DNA from: an uncultured Eubacteriales bacterium
GTDB lineage: Bacteria; Bacillota; Clostridia; Oscillospirales; CAG-272
Direction of reading: 5' to 3'
Length of the DNA: 64,000 nucleotides
NCBI GenBank assembly: GCA_949451655.1
Contig: CASTST010000001.1
Coordinates: forward strand, 1,981-65,980
The position numbers were made by a program, and so were the translations under genes. This document shows, piece after piece, positions 43,055 through 51,763 of the stretch. The notes beneath the pieces were generated by a model that was given only the letters and a program-made list of their open reading frames with translations, was not told the origin of the DNA and ran no database searches. Each line of letters begins with the position of its first letter. The stretch's first letter is position 1.

Positions 43055-44470
43055 TTAGCTTTTGACTTCTGTAATGATTTCCACAATTTCATTATTCAGC
43101 CGGTGATTGTTTTGTATCTCTGTTTCAATCGCCTGAATATTGCTGTGGACGGTGGAATGATCCCTGTCCAGCATTTTTCCGATTTGCGGAAGGGACAGAT
43201 CCAGTACCTTACGGATCACATACATGGACACATTTCTGGCTGTGCGGATATTTTTGGTGCGTCCTTTTCCCAAAATCTGTTCCACAGTAACGTCATATTT
43301 TCGTGCGGTAACTTCCAGTATATTGTCCACCGTTTCGCTGACTGGTTTGTTTTCCCGGAAATATTCCGGAATGGAGGATTTCACCATTTCCAGCGTAATT
43401 GGTCGTCCGCTCAGAAAGGAAACTGCGCCGATTTTTTTGAGCGCGCCTTCAATCTGACGGATATTGGAATCCAGCCGTTCTGCTAAAAAGGCAAGCACGG
43501 TGTTGGGTACATTCAGATTGTTTTTTTCCGCCTTTTTCTGGAGAATAGCAAGCCGAAGTTCATATTCGGGCGGCTGCACATCTGCAATCATACCCTGTAC
43601 AAAACGGGTTTTAATCCGTTCTTCCAGAGTGAACATTTCCCGGGGAGGACGGTCGCTGGTGACAACAATTTGCTTGCGGTTTTCATACAGCGCATTGAAG
43701 GTGTGGAAAAATTCTTCCTGCGTGGAGGTTTTTCCGGATACGAACTGAATATCGTCGATGAGCAGCATATCGGCTTTGCGGTATTTATCCCGAAATTTTC
43801 CTGTTGTTTTTTTGGATATGGATTCAATCAGTTCGTTCATGAAATCTTCGCTTTTAGTGCAGATAATTGACATGTTCGGCCGCATTTTCTGCACCCGGTT
43901 TGCGATAGCATACATGAGATGGGTTTTTCCAAGCCCGCTTGGACCGTAAATGAACAGGGGGTTATAGTTATGATGCCCGCCGGGATCGTTGGATACAGCC
44001 ACGCTGCAGGCGTGTGCAAACTGATTGGAGGAGCCGACAATAAAATTTTCAAAGGTATATTCCGGGCAAAGTCCTGAAGAATGGAGAATTTCATCTGATT
44101 CTTCCGTCTCGGTAAGATCGGATCTGTTTTGCATGGCGTCCGATTCATGATTTTCCTGTTCCATCGCAATTCGATCGGTAGGAATGCAGAAGTTGCGTTC
44201 CCGGACTACATCGCAGATGATTTCAATATCCGGCTCATATCCCAGGGCATCTGTAACGCTTTTTTTTATCAGTTCCCCGCATTTGGTAACAAGAAATTTT
44301 CGTTTCAGTTCATCGCTTGTTGCGAAGATGAGCTTTTCCGTGTCGATTTGCAGCAGATGCAGATCGGAAAACCAAAGATCGAACGCTGTTTCCGACATAG
44401 TGGCATTTTTGCGGATCTGATCAATGATTGAATTCATAAACAGGGAAAGTTCTTCCTGTGACGATTCCAT
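43055..44470 (-). CDS. dnaA: Chromosomal replication initiator protein DnaA
   Basis: 471-aa ORF with AAAGGAG RBS, AAA+ motifs (GPSGLGKTHL) and a C-terminal DnaA-box-binding domain. Confidence 0.97.
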   Translation of the reverse strand: MESSQEELSLFMNSIIDQIRKNATMSETAFDLWFSDLHLLQIDTEKLIFATSDELKRKFLVTKCGELIKKSVTDALGYEPDIEIICDVVRERNFCIPTDRIAMEQENHESDAMQNRSDLTETEESDEILHSSGLCPEYTFENFIVGSSNQFAHACSVAVSNDPGGHHNYNPLFIYGPSGLGKTHLMYAIANRVQKMRPNMSIICTKSEDFMNELIESISKKTTGKFRDKYRKADMLLIDDIQFVSGKTSTQEEFFHTFNALYENRKQIVVTSDRPPREMFTLEERIKTRFVQGMIADVQPPEYELRLAILQKKAEKNNLNVPNTVLAFLAERLDSNIRQIEGALKKIGAVSFLSGRPITLEMVKSSIPEYFRENKPVSETVDNILEVTARKYDVTVEQILGKGRTKNIRTARNVSMYVIRKVLDLSLPQIGKMLDRDHSTVHSNIQAIETEIQNNHRLNNEIVEIITEVKS

Positions 44471-44550
44471 GCTGTCTGCTCCTTTCCGGAACGGAAAACT
44501 TGTTTCCGTTCGTATTTTATCTTCATTATAATTAAATGCTATATAAAGTT

Positions 44551-44579
44551 ATTATAGCACAAACAGTAGTTTTTTTCAA
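44551..44579 (-). promoter_or_regulatory. Sigma-A promoter of dnaA
   Basis: On the minus strand: TTGAAA (44574-44579), a 17-nt spacer, then TGcTATAAT (44551-44559). About 80 nt upstream of the dnaA ATG. Confidence 0.65.
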
Positions 44580-44674
44580 GGGAAAAGGTAAGAGTTTTGT
44601 GCTATATTGAGAATAAAAAATATTATGAAATGGTTCCTATATGATAGATTCGATTTTTAGATTTCAACAAACAA

Positions 44675-45097
44675 AAAAGCCCCCTTATCGGATGGAACCA
44701 ATATAAAAAGGCATCCCCCAGTAAAGGGTGCCTTCAAAAACATACCAAGCCTCCTTTGTGCAAAAGGAGGTGGCACAGCGTAAGCTGTGACGGAGGAATT
44801 GTCTCGCACATATCGCCGATTTGTAGTTTCTGCAAAATGATAGAATTACAATCCCTCAGTCTCCGCTGCGCGGATCCAGCTCCCTTTGCACAAGGGAGCC
44901 TTTTTAATGGGGGGCGCTACGTGACGCTCCCTAGGATTCGCATAGCGGATCCTCACATGGGAGCCTTTTTGCGGGTACCGCTTCACGACATCTTCCTTTA
45001 CTGGGGGTGTCTTCAAAAAAACATACTTTAAGGCCCCCTTTGCACAAGGGGGCCTTATAACGTGGGTGCTATGTGACAGTTCCCTTTGCCAGGGAAT
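44675..45097 (+). repeat. Mosaic hairpin-repeat array R16 (1 unit)
   Basis: Core at 44795-44855 (F). The unit at 44749-44905 is a clean exemplar, and its core plus left arm nearly match the copy at 1300-1384. Confidence 0.9.
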
Positions 45098-45123
45098 TTA
45101 TAAAATAAACGCGTGACTGCGTG

Positions 45124-46044
45124 TTACAGCACAAACAAACGTATCGGTTTGATTGCACTGCCCTTTTCCGGATATTCCCGTACTTCTCCCAATGCAAAAA
45201 ACGTATCATTTTGATAGATCCGTACATGCGTTCCAAGCTGGAAATCTGTTTTCAGCTTCCATTGATACAGTTCTGTACCTCCACGGATTAGCTTTGCCTG
45301 AAAATCGTTTACGTGTATGGAAGGACAATCTGCAAATAAGGATTCACAGGGGCGCACCATAGCAATCCGTTCTTCTATTGTTGCAGCTTCCAGTTCTTCA
45401 ATCGTGTGTGCATGGGTTAAATCGTACAGACCGGATCTGGTACGGCGCAGCGCCGCCATAACTCCGCCGCAGCCAAGTTTATCTCCAATATCTGCGCATA
45501 GTGTACGTATATAAGTTCCTTTGGAACATGCAACGTTCAGTTTATAGGTTTTATCTGTTAGCTTTTCCACATCAATTGAATCAATATGTATGGGTCGGCT
45601 TTCCCGCTCAATTATCTCTCCCTGACGGGCTGCGTCAACGAGCTTCACCCCGCCTACTTTGATTGCACTATACATAGGGGGCATTTGCATGATATCTCCG
45701 ATAAAGGTGGATATAACAGAACGCACGGTATTTTCATCGGGAATAAGGTTTGTTTCAGATAAAATTTCTCCAGTGATATCTTGAGTATCTGTAGTCATTC
45801 CAAGCTGCAGTATCGCTTCATATTCCTTATTATTGGATAGGAGAAATTCGCTGGCTTTGACTGCTCTGCCAACCAGAACGGGCAGTACGCCGGTGGCAAG
45901 GGGATCCAATGTTCCTGTATGTCCTACACGGGGCGTATCGTAAAGTTTTCGCAGAATTTGCACGATACGATGGCTGGTAACGCCTTCATGCTTATCAATG
46001 ATAATTACACCGGACACAATGTCCGGTTTGTCTCTTCGTTTCAT
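45124..46044 (-). CDS. truB: tRNA pseudouridine(55) synthase
   Basis: Inner ATG (MKRRDKPDIVSGVIIIDKHEGVTSH...) overlapping the nrnA stop (ATGA). Catalytic GTLDP motif. Confidence 0.92.
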   Translation of the reverse strand: MKRRDKPDIVSGVIIIDKHEGVTSHRIVQILRKLYDTPRVGHTGTLDPLATGVLPVLVGRAVKASEFLLSNNKEYEAILQLGMTTDTQDITGEILSETNLIPDENTVRSVISTFIGDIMQMPPMYSAIKVGGVKLVDAARQGEIIERESRPIHIDSIDVEKLTDKTYKLNVACSKGTYIRTLCADIGDKLGCGGVMAALRRTRSGLYDLTHAHTIEELEAATIEERIAMVRPCESLFADCPSIHVNDFQAKLIRGGTELYQWKLKTDFQLGTHVRIYQNDTFFALGEVREYPEKGSAIKPIRLFVL

Positions 46045-47102
46045 ATATTGTTTTCTTTCATATATAAATTTATTGGATCTGCAAAAGCAGCTACAACCTT
46101 CTCTGCCGCTTCTTCGCATGAAGACGCTGTTATAGCGGCACCGGCTGCTCGTTTGTGTCCGCCGCCGCCAAACTTTGATAAAACTGCGGCAACATCAATA
46201 TCACAGTTGGATCTGGCAGAAATTTTAAAGGTGCCCGGGTCTGTTTTGCTTTCTTTTAAAGATAATCCGACCAATACGCCCGAAACGGAACGGGGGATGT
46301 CCACCATTCCTCCAAAATCAAAGTCAGATAAACCGTTTTCCGCAGGCAAAGATGCAGAAATGCATACATAAGCCAATATATTGTCATATGCAAGGTGCAG
46401 GCGTTCTATTACCAATTTTTGTGCCTGTAATTCCTGCATGGTACGACACCCGTGGAGACGATGGGCAATGCTTGCAGGATCGCCACCTCCATCGTTGGCG
46501 TGATTGATGGTTTCAACAAGAGCCGCACCGATGCGGAAGGTTTCCGGCGTGGTATTGCTGTATTGGAAGGAACCTGTATCTGCAGAAATAGCAGCGTATA
46601 TTGCACGGCAGACGGAAGGATTTTCCGTGATTTTTTCTCTTTGCATCAATTCCTTATATATAGCAAAAATCAGTTCTCCTGTGGCGCTTGCATTTGGCTG
46701 TAAACAATAGGAAGAAAAAAGAGTGCAGTTTCCATGATGATCTATGGAAAGGGTTACCTGGTCTGCAAGATTGGATAAACGACCGAGCTGTGTAGGAGAA
46801 GCAACATCTATAGACCAGATATAGTCATAGTCTTTTTCCATATTTTCCGTATATTCAATGGAAGTTTGTCCGTCCAGCAAAAAGCGGAGGTATTCCGGCA
46901 CATCTGATGTGCAGGCGCAATGCGCAGTACCGCCCATAAGTGTATATATTTTGCGCAGTGCAAATGCGGAACCTACCGTATCCCCGTCCGGATTTACATG
47001 ACAAAGAAGCAGCAGTTTTTTATCGGATTTTATATATGCTTCCAGCAGGTTGCATACTTCCGATATGTTAAGCTGTAAAAAATTTGAATTGTTCTGTATC
47101 AT
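46041..47102 (-). CDS. nrnA: DHH-family phosphoesterase (NrnA-like)
   Basis: 353-aa ORF with DHH motifs (HVNPDGD, DHHGN) and the DHHA1 GGGH motif. ATGA overlap with rbfA. Confidence 0.85.
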   Translation of the reverse strand: MIQNNSNFLQLNISEVCNLLEAYIKSDKKLLLLCHVNPDGDTVGSAFALRKIYTLMGGTAHCACTSDVPEYLRFLLDGQTSIEYTENMEKDYDYIWSIDVASPTQLGRLSNLADQVTLSIDHHGNCTLFSSYCLQPNASATGELIFAIYKELMQREKITENPSVCRAIYAAISADTGSFQYSNTTPETFRIGAALVETINHANDGGGDPASIAHRLHGCRTMQELQAQKLVIERLHLAYDNILAYVCISASLPAENGLSDFDFGGMVDIPRSVSGVLVGLSLKESKTDPGTFKISARSNCDIDVAAVLSKFGGGGHKRAAGAAITASSCEEAAEKVVAAFADPINLYMKENNI

Positions 47103-47488
47103 GCGTTATCCTCAGATTCTGTTTCTTCCGGATCGCTGAAAGTGAGATTGTTGATTTTTGCAGCGATGTCTACACCTCTGCGCAAAGAGTCATCTAATAT
47201 AAAGGATAATTCCGGCGTAATGCGCAGGTTCAATCGTTGTGCCAACTGGCTGCGTATAAATCCGGCGGCGCTGCGCAGTCCCTGTGCGAGTTCTTTCATT
47301 TCTTCCGGTGTTGCATTATCGGACAATGTGGAATAAAAAACTTTTGCATATTTAAAGTCCGGTGTCACTTCCACAGAGGTGACGGTGATAAAAGCGCCGG
47401 AAACCCGGGGATCTTTCACATCCCGGAGAATATCGCATATTTCCTGGCGAGCGGCGTCGCCCACTCTGTGCTGTCTATATTTTCCCAT
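47099..47488 (-). CDS. rbfA: Ribosome-binding factor A
   Basis: Inner ATG (MGKYRQHRVGDAARQEICDILRDVKDPRV...) of ORF 47099..47569. RbfA-like with an acidic tail. Confidence 0.88.
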   Translation of the reverse strand: MGKYRQHRVGDAARQEICDILRDVKDPRVSGAFITVTSVEVTPDFKYAKVFYSTLSDNATPEEMKELAQGLRSAAGFIRSQLAQRLNLRITPELSFILDDSLRRGVDIAAKINNLTFSDPEETESEDNA

Positions 47489-47587
47489 AATATTGGCTCC
47501 ATTTCGGTTATAAGATAAATTGTATATATTATTAGAATGTCCGTATTTAGTATAGCATAAACTGGACAAAAATGGAAGAGGCGAAAA

Positions 47588-47603
47588 TGTTTCACGTGAA
47601 ACA
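47588..47603. promoter_or_regulatory. parS centromere-like site
   Basis: TGTTTCACGTGAAACA is a perfect match to the 16-bp Firmicute parS palindrome. It is intergenic, upstream of rbfA. Confidence 0.85.
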
Positions 47604-47657
47604 TTTTGTAATGATCAGTCTCCCTTGTTGCTGGATTTTGTATAGCACAAATTATAT

Positions 47658-47958
47658 AAAGGCTCCCCTCAGCAAAGGGAGCTGTTGCATCAAATCACAC
47701 CATACTCAAGCCTCCCTTGTGCAAAGGGAGGTGGTTTTTGCTGTGCAAAAACCGGAGGGATTGTAAAGCGATCATTTTGCAGGAATTGCAAATCAACAAT
47801 ATAGCTTTGACAATCCCTCAGTCTCCGCTACGCGAAGCCAGCTCCCTTTGCACAAGGGAGCCTATAAAAGTTGGGCTCCATTGCGACTGCTCCCTTTGAT
47901 AGGGGGGAGGCTTTTAACGTGGTGAGGATTCACTGCGCGGCTCCAGCAGAAAGGAGTC
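47658..47958. repeat. Mosaic hairpin-repeat array R17 (1 unit with core inverted relative to its arms)
   Basis: Core at 47757-47817 reads GATCATTTTGCAGG...CAAATCAACA (R). The arms are in F layout: GGAGGTGG-hairpin-CCGGAGGGATTGT on the left and ACAATCCCTCAG-hairpin-AGCTCCC on the right. Confidence 0.85.
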
Positions 47959-48010
47959 TTGGAGAGGTGGAAGCTATCCCAGCAAAAAAAGCTTCTGCAC
48001 AGGCAAACGA

Positions 48011-48039
48011 AAAAGAACCGCCATATGGCGGTTCTTTTT
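48011..48039. terminator. Bidirectional intrinsic terminator after cysS
   Basis: AAAAGAACCGCCA-TA-TGGCGGTTCTTTT, a 12-bp stem with A/T runs on both sides, 7 nt from the cysS stop. Confidence 0.85.
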
Positions 48040-48045
48040 ACTGTT

Positions 48046-49464
48046 TTATTTTTTCAGCTTAAATGTAGTGCCTTGTGCGGTATCTTCTAAAATAACGCCC
48101 TGTTCCAAAAGTGCGGCACGAATTGCATCCGCTTTTGCATAATCTTTATCCTTCTTTGCAGCAGAACGAAGAGCAATTTGCTCCTCAATCTGTGCAATCC
48201 ACGCAGGATCTGCATTTTCCAATGCATTCGCTTCCCGGATTTTTGCAGCGCCTTCGATCAGATTCAAACACAAAACCTGATCAAAGTCCCGGATCAATGC
48301 AAGCTTTGTGCCATCGCTAATGTCTGCTTTCAGCACGTCATACAAAGTTGTGATTGCAAGGGATGTATTCAAATCATTATCCATTGCTGCTGCAAAGGAC
48401 GCTTTGTATGGTTCAGCGGCAGTTCCGTCCGCATGACCGTCTGCAAGCTTTGCAATGTTGCCCAGCAGCTTATCATAAGCAGTTGCAGCGTTGTCCAAAT
48501 TCTCCCATGTAAAAATCAAAGATTTGCGATAGTGGGATTGGAGACAGAAAAACCGATATGCCATCGGATCATAACCTTTGTCCTCCAAAAGGGATACGGT
48601 CAAAAATTCTCCGCTGGATTTGCTCATTTTTCCACTGTTTGTATTGAGATGCAGCACATGGAACCAATGCTTGCACCATTCATGACCTACATATGCTTCA
48701 CTCTGGGCAATCTCATTTGTGTGGTGAGGAAAAATATTGTCTACGCCGCCGCAATGGATATCCAGATATTCTCCCAAATGCTTCATGGAAATGCAGGAGC
48801 ATTCAATATGCCAACCAGGATATCCCAAACCCCAGGGACTGTTCCATTTCAATTCCTGATCGTCGAACTTGGATTTGGTAAACCAAAGCACAAAATCCGC
48901 TTTATTTTTTTTATTATCGTCCTTTTCAACGCCTTCCCGCACACCTTCCTGTAAATCGTCCTCCTGAAAGTTGTGGAAAACATTATACTGGGGAATGGTG
49001 GAGGTATCAAAATATACATTGCCGCCCGCAATATACGCATGACCATCAGCAAGCAGTTTTTTGATAACTTTAATAAATTCGCCAATGCATTTTGTGGCAG
49101 GTTCTACCACGTCGGGGCGGCGAATATTTAATTTTTTGCAGTCATTGAAAAACGCATCGGTATAATACTGGGCGATTTCCAAAACAGTCTTTTTCTCCCG
49201 TTTTGCGCCCTTAAGCATTTTATCTTCGCCGGTATCAGCATCGCTGGTGAGATGTCCAACATCAGTAATATTCATGACCCGTTTTACATCCAAGCCGGTA
49301 TAACGAAGATATTTTTCCAGCACATCTTCCATAATATAAGTGCGCAGATTTCCGATATGGGCATAATGATATACGGTAGGTCCACAGGTATACATAGATA
49401 CCTTGCCGGGCTGACGGGGAACAAAATCTTCTTTTTCACGGGTTAGCGTATTATAAAGCTTCAT
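48046..49464 (-). CDS. cysS: Cysteine--tRNA ligase
   Basis: 472-aa ORF with HIGN and KMSKS motifs. The start overlaps the stop of the upstream CPBP gene. Confidence 0.96.
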   Translation of the reverse strand: MKLYNTLTREKEDFVPRQPGKVSMYTCGPTVYHYAHIGNLRTYIMEDVLEKYLRYTGLDVKRVMNITDVGHLTSDADTGEDKMLKGAKREKKTVLEIAQYYTDAFFNDCKKLNIRRPDVVEPATKCIGEFIKVIKKLLADGHAYIAGGNVYFDTSTIPQYNVFHNFQEDDLQEGVREGVEKDDNKKNKADFVLWFTKSKFDDQELKWNSPWGLGYPGWHIECSCISMKHLGEYLDIHCGGVDNIFPHHTNEIAQSEAYVGHEWCKHWFHVLHLNTNSGKMSKSSGEFLTVSLLEDKGYDPMAYRFFCLQSHYRKSLIFTWENLDNAATAYDKLLGNIAKLADGHADGTAAEPYKASFAAAMDNDLNTSLAITTLYDVLKADISDGTKLALIRDFDQVLCLNLIEGAAKIREANALENADPAWIAQIEEQIALRSAAKKDKDYAKADAIRAALLEQGVILEDTAQGTTFKLKK

Positions 49465-50420
49465 AAGGGATTCCTTTCCGAATGGGGATTTGCATTGATT
49501 TCTGCTTTATTGGATTCTTTTCTGAATATAAAATACATTCCAAACAGGAAAATTGCAATACTAATAAAAAACAGAGAATAAGCCAGCATATCCGTTGTAA
49601 TCAGTGGGGTAAAATAGCTGAAGCAGTTGAATGCAATATGAAAAAGCATAGAAGGGATAATAGATTGATATTTTTCAAATAAAAGCGCCATTAAAAATCC
49701 AATCAAAGAGGCATATACAAATTGCATCCAGTTCATATGCGCAGCACCGAAGATTAAGGCTGACAGGATTTGCGCAGCCATCACAGGCATAGCCCGGCGC
49801 AGGCGGGTATAAATCAATCCCCGGAAAACGATTTCCTCTAAAATCGGTGTAATGATTCCTATGCATAGCACTTCCATGATAAAGTTGCCGCCGCCAAAGG
49901 CAAGGGTATAATACTCACTATTTGCAGCTTCCGCTTCTTTTATAGCGGGAAATAGAATGGTAAGAAGAGAAATAGCAACGACAACAATAATTTGAGCAGA
50001 AGCGCCAAGGGCAAGGGATGCAGTTCCGGCAGATGGGGATATTTTGGCAAAAGAGATTTCTTTTGTAAAACGTTTGCCCCGTAACGTATAAAATAGCAGA
50101 TAGATTAACACAAGAACCAAAGCGGAACAAATAGAAATCAATGCGAAATATTTGGAAAACGTACTCCAGTATACGTGGGAGAAAACGGCTTCATCCGTAT
50201 ATGCGGAATATGGAAGAGATCCCTGCACGCAAAGTGAATAAAGAATAACTACGCCGTTTTGTACTGCAAACATTACTCCATAGATAAACAGTGCATATAG
50301 TATGGAAAGTAAAAAATCGCCTGCGGGAGATCGTTTCGGTTGGGGTGCGCCGCAGTCAGCGCAGAAACGGTCTTTTACCAAAACATTTGGATTTCCGCAA
50401 TAATGACATTTATAACGCAT
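49461..50420 (-). CDS. CPBP-family intramembrane protease with an N-terminal zinc ribbon
   Basis: 319-aa ORF. CHYCGN...CADCG zinc ribbon, multiple TM segments, and EEIVFRG and FGAAH..HIAFN motifs. Confidence 0.8.
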   Translation of the reverse strand: MRYKCHYCGNPNVLVKDRFCADCGAPQPKRSPAGDFLLSILYALFIYGVMFAVQNGVVILYSLCVQGSLPYSAYTDEAVFSHVYWSTFSKYFALISICSALVLVLIYLLFYTLRGKRFTKEISFAKISPSAGTASLALGASAQIIVVVAISLLTILFPAIKEAEAANSEYYTLAFGGGNFIMEVLCIGIITPILEEIVFRGLIYTRLRRAMPVMAAQILSALIFGAAHMNWMQFVYASLIGFLMALLFEKYQSIIPSMLFHIAFNCFSYFTPLITTDMLAYSLFFISIAIFLFGMYFIFRKESNKAEINANPHSERNPL

Positions 50421-50472
50421 AAAATCCCTTCTTCCACAAAATAAAATTTACAATTTTTACCATATCATTGTG

Positions 50473-50890
50473 TTTCCTCAGTAAAGGGAATACATAGCAC
50501 ATGCTTAGACAACCCCTCCGTCAGCATCGCTATGCTCAGCTGACACCTCCTCGGGAGTTCGCGAAGCGAATCTCCTCCACTGGGGAGGCTAAGATTTGGT
50601 GAAGGGCTTTCCAGTAAAGAGAGGAGAAACATCTGCACTGACTTCATAAGGCGCCCCCCAGCAAAGGGAGCTGGCACGGTACAAGCTCCACCTTCCTTTA
50701 TAGCCTCCCTTGTGCAAAGGGAGGTGGGTTTTGCGCAGCAAAACGCGGAGGGATTGTATGCATGTACTGTCAACTTGAAGATTATTAAAAATGAAAGTAG
50801 AAACAATCCCTCACCCGCTTCGCGGGAGCTCCCTTTGCACAAGGGAGCCTTATAAAAGTAAATGCTACGTGATAGTTCCCTTTGCAGGAG
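50473..50890 (+). repeat. Mosaic hairpin-repeat array R18 (1 unit plus 1 partial unit)
   Basis: Core at 50750-50810 (F). A partial copy in R orientation at ~50490-50550 retains ~15 nt of core plus one arm (ACAACCCCTCCGTCAGC..GCTGACACCTCC), related to the arm at 41185-41222. Confidence 0.85.
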
Positions 50891-50966
50891 ACTGGGTATG
50901 GCAAAATCTCTGCCGTTATTCCCTATATAGTAGCATAGCACTCCTATGAAGGTATCCCATAAACCT

Positions 50967-51689
50967 TTACTTCTTACCTTCTAATTCTGCAAGCCGCTGT
51001 TCCAGCGTCTGCAGGCTGTGCCGTACAGAACACAGCTCCTGTGAAACCGGGTCAGGAATGTGCACCTGATCCAAATCAATGGGATCTACTTTGTTCCCGT
51101 CTCTGCGTACCACATGGGCGGGAATACCCACAGCTGTACAATTTTCCGGCACAGGACCGAGTACCACGGCGCCGGCTGCGATTTTTGCACCGTCACCAAC
51201 CGTAAAGTTTCCAAGCACCTTTGCCCCTGCACCTACCATTACGTTATTTCCAAGAGTAGGATGACGCTTTCCGGTGTCTTTTCCGGTACCGCCCAAAGTC
51301 ACACCCTGATACAAGGTGCAGTTGTCGCCTATAATTGTCGTTTCGCCGATTACAACACCACTGCCGTGGTCGATAAACAAACCGTGCCCGATGGTTGCAC
51401 CGGGATGAATTTCAATTCCTGTAAGAAAACGTGCAGTTTGGGATATAAAACGTGCGCTGGTATATTTCTTTTTTCGGTATAGCCGATTGGACATGCGATA
51501 TGCAAGCAGGGCGTGGAATCCGGAATAAAGCAACGCAGCTTCCGCGCGGCTTTTTACAGCCGGGTCACGGTCGCAGATTGCATCCACATCCCGCCGGGTT
51601 TCATTTACAAAATTCTGTACGCCCCGGCTGATAGATCCGAAAGACTGATCCCATGCTTTTTTGTTTATTGTAATTTTGATTTTACCCAT
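50967..51689 (-). CDS. cysE: Serine O-acetyltransferase
   Basis: 240-aa ORF with a SATase N-domain (DRDPAVKSRAEAALLYSGFHAL) and hexapeptide repeats. Confidence 0.92.
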   Translation of the reverse strand: MGKIKITINKKAWDQSFGSISRGVQNFVNETRRDVDAICDRDPAVKSRAEAALLYSGFHALLAYRMSNRLYRKKKYTSARFISQTARFLTGIEIHPGATIGHGLFIDHGSGVVIGETTIIGDNCTLYQGVTLGGTGKDTGKRHPTLGNNVMVGAGAKVLGNFTVGDGAKIAAGAVVLGPVPENCTAVGIPAHVVRRDGNKVDPIDLDQVHIPDPVSQELCSVRHSLQTLEQRLAELEGKK

Positions 51690-51763
51690 TCAAATTACCG
51701 TACTTTCTTTGGCTTAAAAGGAAAATAATCGCTTTTGTCAGTATATGCGAAAATGAGGCAGTT

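Noticed and set aside
44548-44610. DnaA boxes upstream of dnaA (TTATAGCACA / TGTGCTATA).
   Set aside because: These match the 9-bp TTATCCACA consensus at only about 5 of 9 positions once aligned without a gap. They are better explained as extended -10 promoter elements.
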